From Elsinoe ampelina (lineage: Eukaryota): DNA of 25,391 nucleotides. The notes under the pieces were generated by a model. It had not been told where the DNA came from. It saw nothing but the letters and a program-made list of their open reading frames with translations, and did not search any database. The stretch is taken from assembly GCA_010093995.1 (NCBI GenBank), contig ML992521.1:124001-149391 (forward strand), given 5' to 3'. Below are positions 10,394 to 21,252 of this stretch, one piece after another (the first letter of the stretch is position 1; each line of letters starts with the position of its first letter). The translations under genes were made by a program, and so were the position numbers.

Positions 10394-11096
10394 GAGGTTT
10401 CTGGGAGGCTTTGGGGGTGTCAATGGATGCCGGATGTATACTCTGGCCTCACATTTATTGTAGTCAATCGGGGCGCTCCGGTGGTATAGTGGCATAGACC
10501 CTTCATTGCAGCCGCCCATCGGAACGAATCGTGGTAGTTTCTTGCGTGCTAGATGACGCTGGTACGGAGGGGTGGTTTGTGGAAGGAACAAATGCGGCAG
10601 GATATGTGAAGTAGATACCTTGTTGCTGTGGTGGTACACCGGAAATGAGTTTCACGAGATCACTACGACCTGGTCTATCTACTGTGGTGACGGCACGCAT
10701 ATTGGAACGAGAATGCAGGAGTGATGTGGGGGAAGCTTTGGCTAGGATGGTGAGGTCACGTGGCCAGTTCACCACCAACATGTTGGCTGCCACGAAGCTG
10801 GAATCCCCAACTCCATACAACACAAATGTCAGAATACACTTGAGGATACCAACACAGGAACATCGATTGTGCGAACAAGCATTCGCAAGAGACCCTTTGC
10901 AAGGCGGCCATGCTTGCGAGCCTCTCCTCCTTCTTCCACCCCTCCAACCTGACACCCCGTGAATCCTCTCACGAAGGAGTTCGGATGAACATGTTCACAT
11001 CAAAGCCAGCTTTCCATTCCTTTGCAGTACTCAAAAACCATCCACGAGTCCATCATTCTGTCGTCATGGCCCCCTCATCGTCCATCCCAAAGCACA

Positions 11097-11794
11097 ATGC
11101 GCGCTCTCACCCTCCTACTACTCACCCTCCACATCACCCTCCCCATCCTCGCCGCGCCGCTCCCTCCCGACAAGAAGCCCTCCCATAACCCCTCCAGCCA
11201 ACCCGCACAAACAGGCCCCACCCAGCCCCCAGGCCAAACCTCTCTCCAACCCCCCACCCAAGCCTCCACCACCTCCACCTCCTCCACCACCCCCTCCCCC
11301 AAACTCGACCCCGTCTCCACCCCCCCGACCCCCCAAGGCACCAAATCCCTCGCCTCCAGCCCCTCCCCCAGCCCCGTCCAAACAACCGGCACCACCCCGG
11401 CCTCACCCAACACCCTCGCCCAGCTCCCCACGCCACCACACCGCGCCGCCCCCCGCCCAACGGCCCGCCACCGACGCCTCCGACCGGCGTGCCCCCGCCG
11501 TCGCAGGATCAGCAGGTGAGTCTGGCGCAGGCGGCGCAGGTCGCGCAGCAGGACAGGGCGGCGCAGGGCGGGACGCAGTCGCCGGGCGTGGGATCGTCTG
11601 GGACAACGGGGCCTGTGGATGGGCATGTGCTGGCGCAGAGACTGAGTCAGTTGACGGCGGGAGGGGGTGCGTCGTCGGGTGGGGCGAGTGCGGTGAGGAG
11701 TGGAGCGGGGACGCCGGGGGAAGGAGGGGGGGAGAGTCCGATTGTGGGCAAGGGGTCGCCGGCGAGGGAGGGAGGGGGGACGCCGACGGGGTAG
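11097..11794 (+). pseudogene. Secreted Pro/Thr/Ser/Gly-rich protein C, apparently interrupted by a 1-nt frameshift
   Basis: Start context CACAATG and signal-like MRALTLLLLTLHITLPILAAP. The first frame turns into Arg-rich sequence after ~11430, while the -1 frame continues with matching composition (PPPNGPPPTPPTGVPPPSQDQQVSLAQ...) to TAG at 11794. One extra C at 11426-11429 or 11449-11454 fuses them. Confidence 0.6.
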
Positions 11795-11882
11795 AAGGGG
11801 TGGTGGGAGTTGGGAGAGGTGGCGGGGAAGTGGGTGTTTCATTTCTGCATCTTGATATGGGGGTTTGGGTCTACCGATTGCT

Positions 11883-13020
11883 CTAGTCGTACCAGATGGC
11901 GTTCATACCGAAGCCTGGTTCGGGAATGTCCAGGTGTGCTACTCTGAGGAGGAACTCGTCTTGCCATCGGTAGATCTCGACGAAGCCCTTCTCATCGTCT
12001 GTCAAGGCGAGCCATTCGTCGCTCCAATCGCAAGGAGAAACGGCATTGCTGTGACCACCGCTGGTCGGGGTTGGGTTTAGGCAGATCTGACGTTCAATGT
12101 GCCCGGTCTTCTCGTCCAGTTTGAAAGCTGCGATGTAGCCTGTGAGGGATGGGCTATTGGACCTGGCTGTGGCGAAGAGATATTTGCCGCTGTGCGACGG
12201 GAATACCACGTCTGCTCGGTACATCTTTCGATTTGGGGTCGAGGGTGGGATGAGAGGGAATGATCTGTGGGTGTAGACAGGCGTGTGTGTAAGCGGGTCA
12301 ATCACGTATTCTGCTAGGGTGTTCCCAGCTTCCATGAGTGCCCAGAGGTATTTGCCAGAAGGATGAATGTGCACCCATCGAGGGTGGTCGCCAGCTGAAG
12401 GAGCTTCCACGTATGAGACAGTTGTCAGCTTGCCCTCGGCGTCCTTCTTGTGCGTCCATATCCTGTTTGCCCACATGTCGGCGCTGTACAGGTACGTCTC
12501 GGACGGGTCGAAGACCATGCCGTGGATGGCAGTCTGCGGGCAATATTCATAGTCCTGAACATTCTCGGCTAGACCACCATCGCCATCAACCTTGAAGATG
12601 TTGCCATATCCGGCATAATCGTAGAATGGATTGCAGTACACGTGGTAAGGCTCCTTCTTGGCGGGCAGCAGGAAGATGGCTCGAGTTTTTGTGTCGGCAT
12701 CTTTGGCTTTTGGATGTCCTCCTATGGGATGCGATGCAGTGTGGATAATGTCTGTCGGGCTGTTTACTCGAAAGCTATTCCACTTCTTCATGGCGGAGCC
12801 GTAAATGTTCTTCTTGTCGTGCTGTGGCAAGCTTAGATCAGTCGTGCGCTTGTCCATGAAGGCATGCTCACCATACACTAAACGCCATCCATGAAATTGG
12901 CTCATCTTGTGGAATCTCTGTACGCTTGACGAGCTTCAATGTCAATGCCTCGTCGTCGAATTGGACGGTAAAGATGGCACCTGGTGGTGTCCAGGTGCCG
13001 ATCATGAGATGGTGCAGCAT
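11883..13020 (-). CDS. cmcA: 3-carboxy-cis,cis-muconate cyclase (lactonizing enzyme, 7-bladed beta-propeller, EC 5.5.1.5), 360 aa
   Basis: Exons 13020-12877 and 12821-11883, with a 55-nt intron GTATGG..CTGAT..CAG. The N-terminus MLHHLMIGTWTPPGAIFTVQFDDE...EIPQDEPISWM, plus IHGMVFDP, DHPRWV, YRADV and C-terminal GFGMNAIWYD, match the Neurospora-type enzyme as I recall it. Confidence 0.93.
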
Positions 13021-13576
13021 GTTGGCGGTGCGGGAAGTGTGCCCAGGCCGGCGAACGAGCTGCAGAAGGAGTCAATGGCTGGATCGAGGTCTTGTGTTGT
13101 CGGTATTATGTTCGCGGGAGAAGAATTTCCCCCTCGGTCACGACGATTTTGGGCATTGACAGCAGCGAAGCCGGGCGTGTCTTCCGACGTCTCGGGCCCT
13201 CCACACGGGAAATGCTCGCGAGGTCGAATGGGTGTAATTTGGCCAGTCCGTATTGGCGGGGTAGAACCGCGTCAGGGGAAAAAAGCAAAATGTCTTGCCG
13301 GCCGAGCTGCCGGCCATCACAAGATGTCACCGATGCACTTTCTCACAAAGTCCAGCCGTCACGGATGCCACAAGCGGTAGAATGTTTGGCGCAATTGGCT
13401 TTGACCTGCTTTGACTTGCTGCAGCCGATGGATCTACCGGCCAAAGACTGATCCATCTGGCGGGGAGCTATTTGATCTTCCTCGTGCCCCTCATTTTTGG
13501 AAACTAAGTGTCTTTCCACAACACACACACACAACTCTACAGTATCATCCTTCATACCGCAAAACTCCTAATCACA
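13021..13576. promoter_or_regulatory. Divergent promoter shared by the cyclase and dioxygenase genes, with two CreA/Mig1-type sites
   Basis: 556 bp between head-to-head ATGs. TGGCGGGG (contains SYGGRG) occurs at 13254-13261 and 13458-13465, and there are many CGG/CCG triplets. Confidence 0.6.
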
Positions 13577-14535
13577 ATGGCCCCTACCCAGTACGACCCC
13601 AAGTTCACTCCCGGTGTCATTGGCACCACCGGCGAGAATGCCTCCCCTCGCACAAAGCAGATCTTCACCTCCATGTTCACTCACCTCCATGACTTCATCC
13701 GTGAGGTCGAGATCACCCCAGAGGAGTGGATGACTGCTGTTCACTGGATCAACCGCGTCGGTCAGATCTCCACCCCTCAGCGCAACGAGGCTCACCGCAT
13801 TTCCGACATCACTGGTGTCGAGTCACTCATTACTGAAATCGCCAACCACGTCGCCTCCGAGACTGGCGACGCTCCCACATCTTCGGCCATTCTTGGTCCT
13901 TTCTGGTCGCCAAATGCTCCATTCCGTGAGCTCGGTGCATCAATCATTGACTCGCCCGCCCCTGGCGGAGAGATCACCTTTATGCACGGTATTGTCAAGG
14001 ACATGGTCACCAAGAAGCCAATTGTCGGCGCCGTCGTCGATCTGTGGCAAGCTTCCACCAATGGCAAGTACGATTTCCAGGACCCAGAGAACCAGAAGGA
14101 CAACAACTTGCGCGGCAAGTTCAAGACCGATGAGAATGGAGAGTACAGACTCGTGTGCTTGAGGCCTACTGCCTACTCTCTGCCGACCGACGGTCCTTCG
14201 TACGAGCTCCTCACCCTGCTCGACAGGCACCCAATGCGACCTGCGCACATTCACATGATGGTAAGTATGAGATCAAACTCTCGGACATGTTTGACTAACA
14301 TATTCCCAAGATGACCCACCCAGACTACCAGACCGTCACGACCCAAATTTACCCCAAGGACGACCCATGGCTCTCCACCGACACCGTCTTCGCTGTCAAG
14401 GATGATCTTGTTGTCGACTTCAAGCCATACAAGGGCGAGAACGGCGTCACCAAGGAGCTCGAGCTCAACCTGATCCTTGCGCCAAAGGGCAAGAAGGCTG
14501 TCGCTTCTGAGCCAGTTGAGAACCCAGCTGCGTAG
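13577..14535 (+). CDS. prcA: Intradiol ring-cleavage dioxygenase, most likely fungal protocatechuate 3,4-dioxygenase, 302 aa
   Basis: Exons 13577-14260 and 14311-14535, with a 50-nt intron GTAAGT..CTAAC..AAG. Fe-ligand motifs: [46 protein letters not shown] and the RNEAHRISD segment resemble the PrcA clade, and the gene sits next to the cyclase. Confidence 0.88.
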
Positions 14536-15099
14536 ACATGAGAAGGATGGCAGAGTGTTATCAACAGCTGCATTGGGATATCGGAGCGCAATAAATTTGG
14601 ACATGTGAATGGGCTTTGTGTTCTGTATATACCATATTGTCCGCATGGGATGGAAAATGAAAAATGTCATGACCCCATGTTTGTTCAGATTGAAGCTGCT
14701 TGCGAGATACCTCATGCCTGTATTACAGATATCATCCATTGTGGCAGCAGACGATCACTCGCGACTTGCTCATCTGAAGCGCATGTGTCGCTTCACGTTC
14801 TTCTCCAATCTGCTCATCTGCCGTACGTCCCCTCCGTCGATCCAATTCGCCGCGTTTAAGTTACCGAGTCCATCTCCGTGTCTGCTTGCCCCGCCCCCAC
14901 TTCCCGCGGCTCTTCACTGTCTCGACAATCCGCTACCTATCCTTCCTCACACCAAAAAAACCTCACCACCAGCCATCGGCACCCTCTCCCACCACCAGCA
15001 ACCATACCACCACACCGATTCCCCAACCTCCTCCGCCCTCGTCCTCTCCACCCATCCAACCCCCATCTCAACCTCAACCCCCGCCAACAAACCCGCACA

Positions 15100-15744
15100 A
15101 TGCGCCTCCCCTACGCCCCCAGCACCCCATCCCCCTCGGCCCCCTCCTCCGAAAAATCAATCTACGACGCCATCAGCCAACGCCGCGCCCCCCGGCCCCT
15201 CCAAAAACTCGACCTCGCCCTCCTGCACAGCCCCCCCATCGCATCAGGCTGGAACGCCTTCCTCGGCGCCATCCGCTCGCAATCCATCCTGCCGCAGGCG
15301 TCGGTCCAAGAAGTCGCCATCTGTCGCGTCGCGGTGCTGAACCGCGCGGCTTACGAGTGGGATGCGCATTCGGTCCTGGCGGTCAAGGGGGAGGACGCGG
15401 TGGGCGCCGAGGGGATGGGGAGTATTCTCGGCGCTGGGGAGTTCACGGGGGAGGGAGCCGGGGGCAGGTTGAGGGAGGTGATGCAGAGGCTTGGGAGCGA
15501 GGGGAGGGAGGGGGGGTTGAGCGCGAGGCAGTGGGCGGTGGTGGCGTTTGCGGATCAGAGTACGAGGGAGGTGCAGGTGAGTGACGAGGTTTGGAAGTTG
15601 GTCAAGGAGGAGTTTTCGGATAGAGAGATGGTGGAGTTGACGGCGACCGTGGCGGCGTATAATTGCGTGTCGAGGTTTTTGGCGGCGTTGGATGTTGGGG
15701 AGAGGAATGGTGGGGAGATGGAGGTGCCGAAGGAGGCGAAGTAG
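15100..15744 (+). CDS. Carboxymuconolactone decarboxylase (CMD)/AhpD-like family protein, 214 aa
   Basis: Start context CACAATG. Motifs LDLALLHSPPIASGWNAFLGAIR, EVAICRVAVLNRAAYEWDAH and MVELTATVAAYNCVSRFLAALDV. It lacks the AhpD CxxC. The actual reaction is unproven. Confidence 0.85.
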   Translation: MRLPYAPSTPSPSAPSSEKSIYDAISQRRAPRPLQKLDLALLHSPPIASGWNAFLGAIRSQSILPQASVQEVAICRVAVLNRAAYEWDAHSVLAVKGEDAVGAEGMGSILGAGEFTGEGAGGRLREVMQRLGSEGREGGLSARQWAVVAFADQSTREVQVSDEVWKLVKEEFSDREMVELTATVAAYNCVSRFLAALDVGERNGGEMEVPKEAK

Positions 15745-15995
15745 ATGTCATCCATAAGGAAAGAGAATGTGAGGCAGAGAAATGAAGAGGAGGGAAGGAG
15801 TTGTCCGAGAGGGAAATCTGAAAAGCGGGCTTGGAATATAGAGATCAAATGAATGGAGATTCCTGGAGACGAGTCGCTATGTATATCTCCCTGTCAGGAG
15901 CCAAGTGACATACCCATGTTCATAATAATCCAATGCTGATCCCTGGCGATGCCCTGTCTACCAACTCCTGTTCTCAATGACTTCCGCCGACACAA

Positions 15996-18203
15996 TCATC
16001 TCAGAAAGTCCTGCTGCAAGTTCACAAACGCCCCTGCGCCCCCGTCTTCACTGAGCATCTCCAGCAAGATCGATGTTTGAGCGCAGAGCTTCTCGAGGAG
16101 TGCGGATCGGGGTTTACCTAGCGAGACTGTCGCTCGTCAGTCCTGTCATAGACAAAACGCACTGTAAATGGCTTACCGAGTATAGCCCCGTTCACCTGCT
16201 CCGCAATCTCGACTCGTCCTTTGCCTTCCATCATGTCCGCGAGCACACTGTCTCGCGCATCGTTATACGCAATCAGAGCGAACGTGTCCTTGAGAGACTT
16301 TTGAACCTCCGGTCGTGTATCGTGACTGAACTCGCCTTGCAGCTCCATGCCGTACGTGATAGCGTCATTCAGCAGATCATTGGAGAGCAATGCAGATGGT
16401 CTCGAGTCAGCAAAAGCAGGTGTGTCCTTGATCCCTTCGCTGCTCATATCCATTGCTTCAGTCGCTTCTTGCTTGCCATTATTAGTCGGCAAAGGAGCTC
16501 CATCTAGGTCCATGTCGGTATCATCCTGCTCTAGAGGCGCTCCGCCGTCACCATTGTGTCCATTCGTGCCATTTGAAAAGCCATCTTCTGAATGGACGGC
16601 AGGCGAACCAACTCTGCTTTGCATTTCGTAGCTTCGTAGTATCATTTCAATGAATTTGCGGCATCGTAGTCGGAAGTAGATATCTCGGTTCAACTCTTGA
16701 TCCAGAACATGTGGGAAGTACGTGCCTAGATATTTGCAGGCGTTGTCGATGTCTCCATCGAGAATTGCAGCACGGACTTCTGCGAGAATGTTAGCGGTTG
16801 ACACAACTGACCACGAGATTACTGACTTTGTCGATGTACAGCATTCAAGTCGTCAGGTTCGTCGGGCCCCCCAGAGCTGGCATCTCCGGTCTGCAGAGCT
16901 CTCTTCTGTTGCCGTACATCTTGCGCAAATTGATTCGCACTCTCGATAAACCCCTCATGTGCCAGATACTGCGAGATCAACTCATGGATGGTATCGGTTT
17001 CATCAAGTCCAGGTCTCAGCACCGAGTTGGACGTATCCACCCTGCTGATTTCGTTCAGCACATTCAATCGTTCTCTCTGCATGGCTTGTCAGCATCTTGT
17101 AAGCAGAAAAAGTAAGTCACTCACTTCAATTAAGCTATCAATGTCAAACACAAAAGGTGACTGTCCGAAGTTGGCCCGCAGATGCTCGCCTGGCTTCTTG
17201 ATGCCTACAGACGGATATAGCCGGTCCAGCGGCTTGATTCCATGAAATGCTTCTCCTGTCACGTGTCAGCATCTTCCCGTCTTCTGCTCAGATCACCCCT
17301 CATACCTAAGAATATCCCGTTCTTCGTGAAGAACGCCGTACCAGTCCGGAAGTTAATACCACACCCCACGACATCCAGACTCGAGAATTTCGGCCCATAT
17401 GGCTTTCCACTAGCACTACACGCAAAGCTGAACCCATCATCGCCATGATACCCCCAACTCTCCAGCTCCCACCCCGGCAGCCGATTCAGACTCGGCTTCC
17501 CACTGCTAAACCCAATCCCAATCAACCCCTCCTTCCCTCTCGACAACACCGTCACCTCAAAGTAATACACCCCCACCTCTCTCGGCACCGGCACATCACT
17601 CCTCACCGCCGCGGCATCATCCGGTGTCCTCACCGTCCCCTGATACTTGACCTCCATCCCACTAGTACTCCCCATAATCTCCAATCCATAGCACTTGTCC
17701 GTCTCACTCCACCGACTCGGCAGCGCCCGCAGTCCTTCGTCCCCCGTCAAAGGCGGCAACCGCTCGATGACATCCTGCACCACGCCCCGACTCTGCTTCG
17801 TCGCCGACACCCCGGCGTTCAGATTCGAGTGACTCCCTGTCCGACTCAGCCCTTCTCGTCCTCCCCCAAATGTCCCTGCTACTCCCCCTCCCCTCTCCCG
17901 TAGTTGACTCCGTCTCCACGCCCCTTCCAGCCGTTCGACATACCTGCTCCTCCGCAGGTACGAGGGCACGAAAAACGATCCCCCTTCCATGTTGTATGCG
18001 TCTCTTGGTATGCCTCCGCCTTCGAGCTCCGCTATGTGTGCCTGCCCTGTTCGTGCTGTGGAGTAATGCTGCGGTGTTGATTGTGATGACTCCGGGTCTT
18101 CATGCTGTGGGAGGGTGGCGCTGCGGGGTGGGCTGAAGAGTGGGTGGGTCTGGGGTGCGGTGCCGGCTGCTACGGAGGCGTAGGAGCTGCGGCGGTAGGA
18201 CAT
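15996..18203 (-). CDS. RanBP9/RanBP10 (Gid1/Vid30)-like SPRY-LisH-CTLH-CRA protein, GID/CTLH E3 ligase scaffold, 670 aa
   Basis: Exons 18203-17306, 17255-17125, 17076-16827, 16779-16177, 16126-15996 total 2013 nt, in frame. SPRY: YYFEVTV...LPGWELESWGYHGDDG...DVVGCGINF...LYPSVG...NFGQSPFVFDI. LisH: IHELISQYLAHEGFIESANQF. CTLH: VRAAILDGDID...FRLRCRKFIEMI. CRA: FALIAY...VNGAILVSLGK. Confidence 0.92.
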
Positions 18204-19085
18204 GGGGGTTTGGGGTGGTGGATTCGGAGGACAAGGCTGGCAGAAGGAACGATTGATGAGGTGAGGGTCGAGTGAGAGTCGAGAGGCAGGCGTGACTTTG
18301 CTCGCCCTGGAGTGTAAGGTTGCTTTGGTTTACCGCCTGGTCGTGGTTGGGGCTACCGGCGCGTGATGGGGGAGAAAAGTGAGCTTATCATGGTTCCATT
18401 GCGACGGATGGTGTGTCTTCAGACAGAATGGGAGATGTTGCAGGCCAGGTGGCACAGAAATGAATGTTTGAATGGATGTTGCTCGCCGAATGGGCTCTGT
18501 TGGTAGCAAGAGGTTGGTTGCAGGATGGCGACACTCTCGGCCTTTTCCCCGCCGCAGATGCACGCAATGCTCGATGGCACGAACCTGATTCGACAATCAT
18601 GGTGAGAGAATGCGCGCGGCATTGCACTTAATATAACGATAAGTTACTCTTTAATCATTCATCATGGTATCTATAGTACAATGTGCATCCTGCTCACTGA
18701 TGCTGGCTCAAGAGCACATGCTCGAGTCTTTCCCAAAAAGCAACCGAGACCTCCCTTTTCTTCATGCATTGGATACGATAATCTATGCAGACAGTGCCTT
18801 TGACTGATGGACGCCGATGCTGAATGAAATGCGCAGATGTGATTGTTAGCTCCTTGCCATAACCAGATAGAGTGTAGGTGAAGCGACGAGCCGATAACAA
18901 ATACAAAAGCAAGTTGGCGAGCAATATAGCCTAGATAAAGTGTGCTCTAGGTATTGTGTCGCTTACTTGTGACTGCCACCGGAACGATGACAGATCATGT
19001 CAAGATGCTGCAGACGCCACTTCGATCTCGAAGATTGCAGGATCAAGTGGAGGAACGCCATGCTGTGAACGTGTTGCTGCATGTC

Positions 19086-19912
19086 TTAGACAGGAATGGG
19101 CGCCGGCGAGCTCTCGATACCGTTCATTGGCAGGGTCGTATGGTCACCGCTGCGACTCGAGTCGCTAGGCACAGCGCTGCTGTCGAGGGTCGGCTTAACA
19201 TCCCCAGTGGAAGAGCTGTCGCTCTTGACATCACCGCTGAAGGTGGACGATGCACGTGTTGGTGCCGACCAAGAGCCGATAGCCCAGTTCACGCCAGTGA
19301 AGCTCTTGAGAGCGAAACCTTTGCGGTCCCACTTTCGACATGGCTTGCCGGTGCGGTCCAGAGCTCTGAGGTTGGCGTTGATGGCACCGGTGTTTGCTTT
19401 TGGGTTCAGCTTGTGTGCGGCAGTCGTCGTGGTAGGGGCGACAGGTTTGGCAGCATCTCCTGAGCGGTCGATTGTGCCGTCAGCACTGTAGTCATGTTAG
19501 CGAGGGCATCATCGACGAGGTGTGCGGTGGGAACTTACAGTCGAGGCTTTTTCTTTGGTCCAGGTCTGCCCTTTGGCTTTGGTGCTCCGTCGATTGCAGC
19601 TGATGAAGCAGTTCTCTTGATGCCAGCTCGTGCACCTGGCCCTTTCTTCTTTATAGCTTCTGGGTCAGGTGTGTCTTCTGCTATTGACGCCGGCATGGGT
19701 GTTCCGTTGGACTCTGATGCTTTGTCTGTGTGATCGACCTTGGGTGTACCTAATTGTGATGTCGTCGATGAATCCTGCTCTTTGGGTGACGAATCTGAGG
19801 GGAACTTGGAGAGAAGCTCAGGCCGCAAACGAAGTGTTATTCTTTTACTTTGCTTTGGCGTCTTTGACGAATTCTTGGCGGGAGTCGACGAGGTCATGGT
19901 GGTGGCCGACAT
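19086..19912 (-). CDS. IES4: INO80 chromatin-remodelling complex subunit Ies4-like, 257 aa
   Basis: Exons 19912-19539 and 19485-19086, with a 53-nt intron GTAAGT..CTAAC..CAG. Conserved blocks KPKGRPGPKKKPRL and HKLNPKANTGAINANLRALDRTGKPCRKWDRKGFALKSFTGVNW. Confidence 0.82.
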
Positions 19913-21252
19913 GGTGATGGTATAGATGGTAGGAAGAAAGAGTGTGGGTGGGCTGATGAGTCGTCTTTTGGCTTGCGACCGTGGGTTCGCTTGGCTGTTG
20001 AGTGGTGTGAATTACTGGTGAGCGCTATGCGAGGCACAGCTGTTGGCGTGAGCAAGGAATGGGTGCATGTGTATTCGTGTGGTGTGGTGATGATGTACTG
20101 TGGTGATGAGATACCAGGATAAGATGTTAGGGCGTGAGGGTGCTTGTGAAGAGATTTCATTTTGTCAACGCTTGTGCCAGGCGGCTGCGTGATCTGGTTT
20201 CGCATTATTCCAGTCCAGCTGTATCCGCACCGCGCAGACGGTCGCAGCCTTTAGGATCATCGGGACGCGCGAAGAGCAAAAGCGAGGCGTCCCCGTCAGG
20301 TGAGAGCACGGACGTTTCCCAAAAGGGTAATGGCAGCAGAATTAATCCACGTCTGCTTGTCAAGTGTGCATGTGTTTTCATTCATTATTGACTTGTTCAT
20401 ATTATTGTATGGTCTCATTGATGGGTATTCATGCATTGTACTCCATTCATCCCTGGGCTTGCCCTTTGTCGGACTCTTCCGGCCCTGAATCATTCTTGTC
20501 CCGGATCCGTAAGATCGCTTCATCCAACAGGGGCTGCTTCTCCTGGCTCTGGCTTTTCACCACGCCCGACGCCGATGCTGGAGAAAATTGGCGGTCGACC
20601 ATCATTTACCGAATCATGATCCTGTTTTTTCCATTCCAGAGTCGTGATCGTGCCATCATCGATCATCAGACTTCCGAGGTAGACCAGTCAGGATTTGTAA
20701 CAGCAGACTCGAAGCATATCCCATCAGCTTTAGTCACGCATATCCATGCTTCTTTTACTGGATAGACTCTACAGCCATTGAAGCCACTCGAGCAATTGCA
20801 TTTTCAAAGACTTTCTTCAACCGGGCAGCACAAGTTTGGGCATGAAGGTTTCAGCAATTCCCAGCTCACCGCGGCATGTTCGAGTAGACCTGTCGAACAA
20901 CGATTGACACTGGATGGTGATGACCCTGCTGTGTTACCTGTACCTTGCAGATGCAACTTGCCCATGACCCTACGCCTATGTGTTGTTTCGATATGTATCA
21001 CATGACTCTTGCCTCTGTGGTGAATCATATATGCCGTCAGGATCCTCTACATGTTCTACCTAGTATTTATCATGTGATTTGCAACCATGAACCCTTCGAA
21101 TGCTCATGCAGCCACTCATGTCCCAATTCGGCCTAGCAGGATCTCACTTCGGCTGGATCTCGGAGAACAACTTTTGCAGTCCGACCTCAAGCTCAAGTTC
21201 GTCTCCTGCTCAGACGCCGCTCGTGTGAGCAATTTCTGCACCCAACGCTGAG

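Noticed and set aside
11883..12905. ORF-track N-terminus MSQFHGWRLV for the cyclase
   Set aside because: It reads out of frame through exon 1 and the intron. The true start is ATG 13020 with the intron at 12876-12822.
14609..15584. Overlapping 243-aa and 232-aa ORFs and the upstream extension of the CMD ORF
   Set aside because: Artefacts of the stop-poor C-rich region. ATG 15100 has the CACAATG context shared with neighbouring genes.
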